Under the pieces are notes generated by a model. The model searched no databases. It had not been told where the DNA came from and saw only the letters and a program-made list of their open reading frames with translations. From Camelus dromedarius (Eukaryota): DNA of 64,000 nucleotides. Both the position numbers and the translations under genes were made by a program. This document shows, piece by piece, positions 54,420-64,000 of the stretch; position 1 is the first letter of the stretch, and each line of letters opens with the position of its first letter. The stretch lies in contig NC_087437.1 in NCBI RefSeq assembly GCF_036321535.1, positions 37,574,001-37,638,000 of the forward strand, in the 5' to 3' direction.

Positions 54420-54920
54420 ATGTTTTTCAAAAACTTTTTATTAGGAAAGCTATACCAGACGCATAATCACTATACAATGATTAAACATTACCTTTACAAT
54501 TTATAATCACTGAAATTACAGAATAAATATATGCACATTTCTTTTGAATCTTTGTGAGAGAGAAAACATTAAAAGTGCTTCCTACAAAGCTGTTAGTGAT
54601 ATATAACCAGTTGCTTTTTTATGTTTTTTTAAATATTTTATATATATATTTATATATATATAAGAAAGTGCAGATGTTCTCCAAAAAATCTTGGCATCAG
54701 GATGAAGTGTCACAAAGAAGGTGCTCATCCCTAGGTGTGTGCCTCCAGCTGTTAAACCACCAGGCCTCCACTTCAGTAGGATCCAGCCTAGAAGATGACG
54801 TTTCTCAGGGTGGTAGGAGAGATGCTGTAAGCTGTACACTAGGGTGAAGGAAAGGTGGAGCTATGGAGAGAAGAGGAATGGATCAAACACGAACCAATTA
54901 GATTGAGTTGAATGGGAGTG

Positions 54921-54966
<46 letters not shown>

Positions 54967-55618
54967 CTGCACCAGAAGGAAGAGGCCACAGGTTTAGGGA
55001 CCTGCTTGTGTTCAGGGATTTGTGATTTGCCTGTGGGTATATGTGTGAGAAAAACGAGTGGGTGAGAACATTCGAGCAAGACCCACCCCTCCCTCCCCGT
55101 CTTGCAGTTTCCAGGCATGCAGCAAACTGCATTGTTAATACATGTACAGAATCTGTGCCATGATGGGAAGAAAAAAGAAAGCCACAAATGTCAATTTGTT
55201 TCCCCCCCCATCCCTGTCAAACAAAACTACAACTGAAAAAAAAAAGTTACTGAAAATAAAGACACACTGAATTTTACTTAATTAGGATCAATACAGCGAT
55301 CCCCAATATACCTTATACATGGCACAGTCAAAGTCTCAAGTTTCAGTATAAAAAAATAATGATAACATTTGCTGGCAAAAGTCTGCGAAGGCACTTCATT
55401 GATTAATGATCTGAGTATGGCCCTTCCTCCAAATCACATCTGAGAGGGGAGAGCATACATCTGTATTTTCTAGTTATCATGCGGTTTCAGTTCTGTTCAG
55501 GGCAGGGAAGTTTGTGAGAATGGAGTTATTGGGACAAGTGTAAAGGGAGCAAGGGATATATTTCTTTAATTTTTCTTTTCTTTTGAAAAAAAGCACTAAT
55601 TTATTTTTTCTTTTTCTG
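54420..55618 (-). other. SLITRK3: SLITRK3 3' UTR to the proximal poly(A) site
   Basis: AATAAA on the minus strand at 54437-54442, about 1.2 kb past the stop; AU-rich; contains a (CA)n tract. Cleavage position is estimated. Confidence 0.8.
54923..54964. repeat. (GT)n microsatellite in the SLITRK3 3' UTR
   Basis: About 21 perfect GT units. Confidence 0.95.
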
Positions 55619-58561
55619 TTAGAACCTATACGTTGTCTTCTCCAGGACTTCGAGGTAATCCGGCTTGGTTTGAAGTTTGGCCCTTAACTCGAGGTAATCA
55701 CTTTTTTGGGTTTGGTGGTCTGTGAAGCCCTTTCCAGCCGAGAAGAGAAGGGTTTCTTTGAGCCTGGCGTCCTGCTGTAAGTCTGGGTATTGCATGCCAG
55801 GAGGGTGGACATGCAGCTCCTTTAATTTGGGCACTGTGCCATAGAGACAGTCCACAAATCCCACTGTGCAGGGGGCTGGTTGTGGCCTCTCTCGGTCTAG
55901 TAGCATACTGCCACCACCGCAGCCTCCCCCAGGAGGAAACAGCACCACCCCACCATTCTTCTCGTGGTGGCGGAACCCACCCAAGTCTCCCCCAGTTCCC
56001 GCAACTACCCCTGAAACCCCACCAACTGCTGGGTGGTGAGGGTGAGGGTGATGATGATTCATGGTCACTATGGTGTTGAGCTGGGAGCTGGACACTGCCA
56101 GGGCCCACTCCTTTTCTTTTTCCAGCACGGTCCGGTAGTTGGTGTGGTTCTCCTTGGGTGTCTCAGCAAACTGCTCACTTCCTAGGAGAACTTCACTCAT
56201 TCCTGGCGGTTGTGTCCCAGGAGCCCCACGTTCGGCACTCCCTGCCTCCTGGACTGATGGAACAGCCACCTCCTCCTCCTCACGAGGCTTGTAGATGGGG
56301 TTGTTGCACATCTGAGTAACTGGGTGGGGTATGTACTCATATACATGACCCACAGGCGGGGCCTTCTCTGGGGAAGAAATAGTTGGTCGTCCCCCACCTC
56401 CATTTCCACCTCCATTACCTCCACTATCCTCAAAAAGCCGGTGGCATTGCATCTGGATGCCAGTGAGGTCCACACCTTCCTGCCGCTTGCTTCTAAAGGG
56501 CAGCTTCTTCCGGCGCCGTCGAAGGACATAGGCAAAGAGGCCTGCAGCAACAAACACTGCTGAAAAAAACAGAACCAGTAGGCTGAGAATCAACACTGAA
56601 AGTGGCACAGGGCCCCCAGGAGCAGAGAACTCATATGGTGATGCACTCGTAGGCCCTCCAGCAAGGTGAGAATCTCCAGGCTGGGCTGGGGATGCTCCAG
56701 CTGGTGCGATGTGCAGCATCTCTGGGCAGAGAACTTCCAGCTCAATAGTGCGCACATCACGGTGGGTGAGGTTCTCAGGGCTCCTGCATAGCACATCACC
56801 CACCACACTGACTGAGCTGATGGTTTCAATCCACTGTTTGAAGGGAACCAGGTCACAGGTACAGTCCCAAGGATTCTCATTGAGGTCTATCTGGACAATG
56901 GCATTCAAGTGTTCTAGGACACCAGCCACAGGAAGGTAGAGGAAGTAGTTCTTCCTTAGGTTGAGCCGGGCCAGGGATGTGCCTGCAAAGGCATCCGTTG
57001 GCAGGGTCCTCAGCAAATTATTGTTGAGGAATAGCAGCTTCAAGTTAGGCATGAGGCTGAAGGCTGCAGGCTGGATTTCCCGGATGACATTGAACTCGAA
57101 ATACAAGTAGTGCAGACTCTGTAGGCCTCGGAACATGCCTGGTGTCAGCTTCTCGATATCGTTGCCATTGAGAAAGAGGCTCTTAAGGTTGGGCAGGTTG
57201 ATGAAGGCCCCATCCTGGACGTAAGAAATACGGTTGTTCCCCAGATGTAAGAGATCCAAGGAAGAGAAATTCCAAAAATCAGAACGGTATATTTTCTGAA
57301 TCAGATTGCTACTCAGATACAGTTTCTTGGCATTCAGTGGCCTTGGAAGAAGTTCAGAAATGTTATTAAATCCTCGCTCTTTGCAGTTGACAGTCAAGCC
57401 AAGGTCATTGATGTGCAAATTACAGGTACACCCAGTAGGGCATATAATAGGAATGGGTGGTCTGGTCTGGTAAGGAGCAATGGGAGGTTGGTTTGGACCA
57501 GGGTATAAAGCTTGCGATGTGGAAGGCGGCCTTGGTGTTCGAGGCTGTTTCGTGGGCTTGGGCTGTTTATTTGAGGACTTATATTCAACAGAAGAAGCAG
57601 TAAAATGGACAGATGACAGCATTGAGGAAGGCTTAGTTGGCCATGCATTCTCCTTGTTTGGTGACAAGTGGGGAATCCCCAAACTAGCTTCCACCTCAGA
57701 GTCAGACAACAAGGGACAGAGTTCTGTCTTCCTGATTTCTCGTAAGTCTTTTCCATGGAAATGGAAAGGGGTCTCGCAGGTGATGTCTCCCACTAGGGCA
57801 GTGTAAGGAATGCGTTCCAGCCAACTCTTCAGTTGCACAATTTCACATGTACAGTTCCAGGGATTTTCTTCCAGCTGGAGCTCCATCAGGCTTCTGCCAA
57901 TGTGGTCTAGCATTCCTCGGTAAAAAAGAACTTTTAACCTGTTTCCACGTAGGTCCAAGTGGGTTAAGGAGACAGCCTTAAATAAGTTGGCTGGAAGCAT
58001 GGGGATGAGATTGTCATTTAAAATCAGAACTCTCAATTTACTTAGGTTCCGAAATGCCCCACTCTCTATACGTTTAATGACATTGTAATCTGCCTGCAGA
58101 TATTCCAGACTTTCCAAGCCAAGGAAGGTGTCATTTCTGAAGATGTCTAGTTTGTTCTCATGGAGATATAGCCTCTTTAAAATCTTAAGACCATTGAAAG
58201 CTCCTGTTTGAATGTCCTGCAATGCATTGTTCCCAAGGTTAATGGACACGGCATTATTCAAATGAAGAAAACTGTTGGTGTACAATTTCCTCATTGAATT
58301 CCTCTGCAGATACAGTTTAAAAGGTCTTGACCAGAACTCAGTAATCTGACTAATATTTGTAAATCCTTTACTGTCACAATGTATATGAAAGAGGCTTTCT
58401 TTAACTTCACAGTAGCATGGATCAAAACAGGGCTCATCTATTTCCTCTGAGTCCTCTATCAGGGGAATCGGGGTAGTCCATCCTAGAGCAATTGTGCTTA
58501 GAAGAATTATCCACAACATCTTCCCTCTGTGAAGCATCTCAGCTATAGAAGGTTTCATCAT
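55619..58561 (-). CDS. SLITRK3: SLIT and NTRK-like protein 3, complete single-exon CDS (980 aa from the first ATG, 979 from the second)
   Basis: Long ORF MMKPSIAEMLHRGKMLWIILLSTIALG... with signal peptide, two LRR clusters each ending in an LRRCT (ENPWNCTC, ENPWDCTC), a TM helix (VPLSVLILSLLVLFFSAVFVAAGLFAYVL), NPIY and a C-terminal PDYLEVLEKTTYRF Trk-like motif. The extra 8 residues in the ORF track cross the splice acceptor (ttctgttgcag, exon starts at 58579). Confidence 0.99.
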   Translation of the reverse strand: MMKPSIAEMLHRGKMLWIILLSTIALGWTTPIPLIEDSEEIDEPCFDPCYCEVKESLFHIHCDSKGFTNISQITEFWSRPFKLYLQRNSMRKLYTNSFLHLNNAVSINLGNNALQDIQTGAFNGLKILKRLYLHENKLDIFRNDTFLGLESLEYLQADYNVIKRIESGAFRNLSKLRVLILNDNLIPMLPANLFKAVSLTHLDLRGNRLKVLFYRGMLDHIGRSLMELQLEENPWNCTCEIVQLKSWLERIPYTALVGDITCETPFHFHGKDLREIRKTELCPLLSDSEVEASLGIPHLSPNKENAWPTKPSSMLSSVHFTASSVEYKSSNKQPKPTKQPRTPRPPSTSQALYPGPNQPPIAPYQTRPPIPIICPTGCTCNLHINDLGLTVNCKERGFNNISELLPRPLNAKKLYLSSNLIQKIYRSDFWNFSSLDLLHLGNNRISYVQDGAFINLPNLKSLFLNGNDIEKLTPGMFRGLQSLHYLYFEFNVIREIQPAAFSLMPNLKLLFLNNNLLRTLPTDAFAGTSLARLNLRKNYFLYLPVAGVLEHLNAIVQIDLNENPWDCTCDLVPFKQWIETISSVSVVGDVLCRSPENLTHRDVRTIELEVLCPEMLHIAPAGASPAQPGDSHLAGGPTSASPYEFSAPGGPVPLSVLILSLLVLFFSAVFVAAGLFAYVLRRRRKKLPFRSKRQEGVDLTGIQMQCHRLFEDSGGNGGGNGGGGRPTISSPEKAPPVGHVYEYIPHPVTQMCNNPIYKPREEEEVAVPSVQEAGSAERGAPGTQPPGMSEVLLGSEQFAETPKENHTNYRTVLEKEKEWALAVSSSQLNTIVTMNHHHPHPHHPAVGGVSGVVAGTGGDLGGFRHHEKNGGVVLFPPGGGCGGGSMLLDRERPQPAPCTVGFVDCLYGTVPKLKELHVHPPGMQYPDLQQDARLKETLLFSAGKGFTDHQTQKSDYLELRAKLQTKPDYLEVLEKTTYRF

Positions 58562-60235
58562 TCGTGGCTGATTACAAAACTGCAACAGAAATAAAGATGC
58601 AGATTTTTAGCTTTTAGTCATTTGCACTATTCTCATTGACTCCTACGTATGGGGCTTTTTGAGAGTGATATAGAAACTTTAGCAGTTGTTGAACCGACAC
58701 TCAAAACGACCTATCAACATGCTTAATATGTCCTATATTTTAAAATAAGAAGACTCTGAAATATTATACCATGTGATGACATTTTCCTGAATCAAGCCAT
58801 ACTTGGTAAAGAGTGTATCATACAATCAAAAGCAGCCTTCATTGCCTGTTATAGTAAGCAGGGGAACTGGCATACAGTGATTGCTCTGGGGGTAGGCAGA
58901 TTCAGTAATAATGGCCATCATTTGGCCATTACACCTGTTTGCATGTAAGAACTCACATTGACACCAGAGGTACCTATTATAGATCTGACTGGAACTCTGA
59001 TGGAAGAATAATGTTCTTTAAACTGTGGGATTCTACTCATAAAAAGACATAGCATTCTCCAAAGTTATTAGTTTAAACAGTATGATAAATTATGAGCTCA
59101 CTGGCCAATATCAGATGTTGAGATGTATTAGATGATTGGTTGCTCAGGAAAACCTAAGATTTCTCTTAAGAAGTAAGCACAATATACTTAATTATAGTGT
59201 ATGCTCAGTAACACACTATACCCCAAGTGCCTTTTGCCCAAGCACAGATTATTAACATCTCCTTTAATCAAATAATTTCTTCATAGGTGTATCATTTGGC
59301 TGCTTAAATCCTTTAGGAATGATTAGCCTTTCTAAAGAATAAGCCCATGCAATTGTCACAGCTAAAGATAGTGACAGCGAAAGGATGCTGAGCCTGGAAG
59401 TGTCTGTATTAAAACACTTGCAGAGTTTAGTTTGGAATGTATATTTGTGCCTTCAAGATCAAGTGAAGAACCCTGCAATAAAGGTGGAATGGCAGGTGGT
59501 TAGTTAGAGGAGAGTTGGGTAGTTAAAGGCAAGAAAGGGTGGACACCTCGATTCTTACCTGCTGATAAATGATCTATTACATGAAATACATTTCAAAGAA
59601 AGACATCATTCTTTTCCAACCAGAAGAAACAAATACAGTGCACTATTCTAATAATAGAGCCTTCCTCTGTGGCTCCCTTTGCTTGCCTAATATCATCAGT
59701 AAATGAAAATGCGTACATAAATAAATTATAATAATGCAGTTTTATTAGATTGCCCTTTCTGAGTCACTGAAATATCAATCACAATTGAATGGTTGTATTT
59801 AATCAATAAAAATAAACCAGAGTTTTTAGCATATATTTTCTCTCCACACATAAATGCATACATTAAGGAAATACTTTGCCAACTCTCTAACTTAAAACAC
59901 AATGATATAATTTATAGGGAGAGAGAAAAGAATAAATCTCCACATTCGACTTGCATATAATGTACATAGCTGTAAGAAAAAGAGAACGCATAAGAAAGCA
60001 AAGAGAAATTTGCCTCAGGCATGCCATACTCAATTTTTAGAAACAATTAATTGAAAAAAGAGAAAAGCAGATGAGGCTACATTGCAGTATCAGTTAGTCT
60101 TCCCTGCCTCCCTTATAAAATATTAAAATCTACTTAAGTTCTTTCTTTTTCACCATTCTTTTCTTTAATTTTTTTTTCTTCTTTTTGAGGTCCCTGAGAT
60201 TTAGACAAGAAAGGCTCCAGATGTCTTTGACTTAC

Positions 60236-60750
60236 CTATTTTGCAGAAGATTTTTTTTTAGCATTGACCATCGGGGTGGGGGCGGGGGTTAAAAAAAAAA
60301 AAGCTTGAGTTTAAGGATTCTCTCTCTCCCTCTCCCTTCCTTCCTTTCGCTGAAGCTGAAGCAATGGGGGATAGAGGGGGTTGGCGGTGGGGGCGGGTGG
60401 GGGACCAAAGGAAAAAAATAAAAGGCAGCAAGCTTGAGACGTGCTGGGAATGCAATGGGCCTGTCAATGGGCTTCTTTAGGATGCAGAACTGCCGCTTGG
60501 CACACTCAGTAGAGGAGGGAGGAGAAGGGGCTGCCGCAGGCTTCCAGCTTCCCTGTCTCCGCGGCTGCCGCCGCCGTAGCTGCTCTCTCTGGGTACCGGC
60601 AGCACATCATTGGGCACTTGGAGGAAGGGCGGGAGGAAGGCAGGGAAGTCAGGCTCAATCACGGTGCAGAATCTGTGACTTATCTTGCGCTGGCTTTTTT
60701 TTTTTTTTCAAATATGTGCTGTAACCCTGGATCCAGCTTTCCACGTCACA
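60236..60750 (-). other. SLITRK3: SLITRK3 non-coding 5' exon (5' end approximate)
   Basis: Consensus donor TAG|GTAAGT at 60235 and GC/CpG-rich content; pairs with the acceptor at 58580, giving a 1.66 kb intron. Confidence 0.75.
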
Positions 60751-60822
60751 AAAATGAGCTCCAAGGAGGGGAACGCGCTTAGCATGGGGTCGGGCGCGAG
60801 CACTAAGAAGCCGTGACTATAC

Positions 60823-60830
<8 letters not shown>
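60700..60830 (-). promoter_or_regulatory. SLITRK3 proximal promoter with CRE/ATF-like site
   Basis: CpG-rich; GTGACGTGG on the minus strand at 60741-60749; flanked by a TG/GA microsatellite. Confidence 0.55.
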
Positions 60831-60862
<32 letters not shown>

Positions 60863-60923
60863 TGTGTGTGAGGGAGGGAGGGGGAGAGAGAGAGAGAGAG
60901 AGAGAGAGAGTGTGTGTGTGTGT
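60827..60923. repeat. Compound (TG)n/(GA)n microsatellite at the SLITRK3 promoter
   Basis: Visible TG, GGGA, GA and TG runs. Confidence 0.95.
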
Positions 60924-62249
60924 AAGGGGAGAGAAAAGAATTGGAGGGGTGGAGATGACAAACTGTCAAAATAAGAAACAAGAAGGAAGAGACCAACTTA
61001 GGGGAAACATTCCTTTGGTGGGGAAGGTGGAGATGGAGGGGGCGTGTAGACTATTATTTATTTTTATTCTTTTATTTTAACTGCCAAGGAAACCATCGCT
61101 TGACTAGTTTGCTCCTCTAGTTCCCAAATCTCTGCTCTCTAGTGTAGATGGTTTGAAAAGTAAGACTACCTTCAGGATTATCCTTTTCACAGCACAAACA
61201 TACTTGTCTCCAAAAGATGGGGATAAAAGAAAATTCAGGTCTCCAAAGCAGAAGAGCTGAATCTAGCTGATTCTACCTGGGTGTCCTGAGTAAGAGCTCA
61301 GGCAGCCTGTGACTTGGACTGAGTTTCTCCTGCATTTTGCTTCGATCTCTTTGCACCAGGAATCCTTTTGTTGTGATGCAGCTCAAAGCCTTATATTTCC
61401 CCTGGATTCAACAGCCATGTGTTTGCTTCCACCTTTTAAAAGACCGAGATAAGCCACTGCTCTGGAAGGATATGTAGACCACTTGGGTAACAATGACACA
61501 TTTCACTTCTTCCACCCTGAAAGACCTTGTAGGGATCGGGGGCAGCATTTCAGGGTTTCGATTCTTCTTTTCTTTCATTTTGTTCCCCGAAATATTTCTG
61601 TGATATATTGGGGAAGGGGATGGAAGAGAGTCATGAGGGTGGGGGTGATTGAGGGAGAATGTTTCAGTGAATAGGAGCCATCAGATCAGAGCTCACAGGA
61701 GCCTCTAAGAGGAGTTTTTAAAGGCTCACCTGGCGGTTCTACAGTCCTACCTGCTGGGAGGAAATGCACCTTAGTGGGGAAACTGGAGAGAGGCAAGCAA
61801 ACAGGTCTAGTTAGCGGGAACTGTGCCTCATTAATCCCCCCCCCCAAACACACGAATCTTGTCACCAACTCATGGGGAAGGGAGGGGCTTTCTGGTGGCT
61901 AAAGACCTGGACTGAACCTCACTTGCTCAAGGGCTCAAAGTTAGCCCATAGAGATGGCTTTCTCTTAAAGCGCTTTTTACTGAATTAGATTTCAAAGGAA
62001 ACACGGCTTATGTATGAATTTCTTACCATTCTAAATGTATATAAATCACCTACCTCAGCAAAACGTGTCTTAAAGTCGGTCATAAGATGTGTGTATGATA
62101 TTTTGCTTTTGAAATGAGCACAACTGTGTCCTCCACTCCACAGTAGCTATCAGAAACTAAGTAAGCAGGCGGGGAGAATTCTCTGACATTCTCCACCCTT
62201 AATAGTCCAGACCCACCCTATTTCTCAAGTCTCAACCGAGAAGCAGACC

Positions 62250-63930
62250 AACACCGACAGCCAGAGCTCAGAACGCGAGCAATCCCATCTCCTTCACCAG
62301 CTGCCAGCCGCTCCCCCCTCTTTCCCCCCACACCACCTTCTGCACCCAACGTGCAGAGGCGGTGACTGTTTCGCCGATCTTATCGGAACCCAACATGCGA
62401 TGGAATCGATGGATAACCGGGAGGCTTCCCGGAGCTGCCCAGTGACGATAAATGGCCCTCTTCGCATTCATTCTCACTTCTCTCTTGATAACAACAGCCC
62501 TCTAAGTTTTTGATTTGGGACATGTCCTAAAGGCTATTTCACTGTTTTCCTTTCCTTTAATCTCAGTGTAGCGTATCTAAGCCTTAGGAAAAGCTCGAAA
62601 AGTTAGGGGATGAAGGGCCCTGGAGCCCCGGTTTAGAACATTTCCTGCTGGGAGCGTCCGGCATCATTTGTCCACGGGGAGGACAAGAAGCCCTTTCTCC
62701 CCACAGTTCCCCCTTCCACCTCCCCCTCCCCTTTGCCGGATCTCCGAGCCCAGTAATCTCTCCATATCTAAGATTAAATATTCCAATATGGAAGCAAAAC
62801 GGTCTTCCCTAGAACAAATAATTAAAATGCTGCATCATTCATTTTCTGAAGAGCTCTGAGCCTTCCAGAGGTCCTTTTCTAATCCGCTGTCACCAGGCGA
62901 GCGAAACGCACAATGGGTCTGTTTAGAAATGGAAAATGATTAAAAGCTCAGGCCATTTTCCTTCTTACAACAGGAGCGATCCGTTGGGGGAGGGGCCCTT
63001 CGCTCAGCCACCTGGCCTATTTTTTGGAGTTACGATTTACTTCCCCAAGAAAAGGGGTCCGAGGGTTTGTTAGTCTCCAGGACCACTCCTGTCATCCTTA
63101 CAGCTAAACGATCCAGTTTAAAAATACAACCCCCAGCACCTGTAAGCGTACAGAAGCCACTGTGGGCAAACTATATGCTCTACAGTGCACATCCCACACG
63201 CGAGAATACTGGTTTCAATTAGGCAAAATAGGAAAGGATGGCGGCGAGTACCTAACCGTGCAGAGCGCTCTCGATCTCCGAGGTTTACTCCAAGGGGCTT
63301 CCCAGCGGGAGGTGCAAACTCTCTGGGAGGCTGAATTGTATCCATCATGCCGTCGCCTGCAGTTTCTCCTCCAACGGCCACCAACTTTCAGAAAGGCCAC
63401 CAAATCTCGCTTGTAATCCTTTTAAGTGTTTCCACCTTTGAGACTTGCAAGGAAATGGTCGGTGCATACCAGTGGGAGAGCCGGGCGCGCACCTAGCGCG
63501 GCAATGCCAGTGACAGGAGCTCACGACCACAGTTCTATTTACCCTCGATGGCAGGCAGGAAGCCTGTGTATCCCAGGACTGGGTTCTTTGATTTAAATTC
63601 TTGGTGCTCTCGATTCAGCGGCGAGTCTCGCGGTCCCCGAGAACCCTGGCTGAATCTCAGGGTTTTTCTCTTTCTCGCTTCCTGAAAGGTTGACACTCAC
63701 AGCGCAATTCCTGCCCGAGGCCTCTTTCGGTACGAGGAGCCGCACTATCCCTTGCCTTTGCCGGGTGTCTTTGCTCTTGACCCTTTGGGTAGGTGGGAGT
63801 GGGGGTGGGTGGTGTGTACACGAGAAAAGAGGGTGGGGAGGGGCGGGAAGGAGGCAGGAAGGGGGCGACCAGATCCCAGATCCTAGCACTGGCCAGACAG
63901 CGAAGGTGGGGGCGCGGGGGTGGGGAGGAG
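62250..63930. promoter_or_regulatory. CpG-rich region upstream of SLITRK3 (alternative promoter or regulatory island)
   Basis: Visibly high CpG and GC content against the AT-rich background; no credible ORF. Confidence 0.55.
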
Positions 63931-64000
63931 AGGAAGGAGAGAAAAAGAGATACGGGATACAAATACAACAGTATGGCTGAACACACCAAATTCGACTTGG

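Noticed and set aside
55698..57806. Alternative-frame and antisense ORFs overlapping SLITRK3
   Set aside because: By-products of GC-rich codon usage in a long CDS.
58562..58585. N-terminal extension MQFCNQPR in the 988-aa ORF
   Set aside because: It starts at a TTG inside the intron and crosses the acceptor at 58580; it is not the real start.

Overview
AT-rich placental-mammal genomic DNA, probably camelid (inferred from a short L1 3' fragment). One intact protein-coding gene is present: SLITRK3 on the minus strand (single coding exon, CDS 55619-58561, non-coding upstream exon about 60236-60750, poly(A) signal 54437-54442). The apparently empty 49 kb downstream of it holds the main result. 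Reading splice signals by hand reveals two large, intron-containing, heavily decayed genes running head-to-head from one CpG island at about 16.8-17.35 kb. The minus-strand gene (about 17015 to beyond position 1) translates into colinear blocks resembling spatacsin (SPG11). The plus-strand gene (about 17040-48790) translates into colinear blocks resembling spastizin (ZFYVE26/SPG15). SPG11 and SPG15 are partner coat subunits of the AP-5 complex, so the locus looks like the fossil of a second, co-regulated SPG11/SPG15-like coat. Old transposons (Tigger1, L1MC) inside coding exons suggest inactivation early in eutherian evolution. Limits: all homologies are by-eye comparisons with human sequences recalled from memory, several need inferred frameshifts, exon ends and repeat subfamily names are approximate, and no database search was run. 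In peptides, * is a stop and / is an inferred frameshift.
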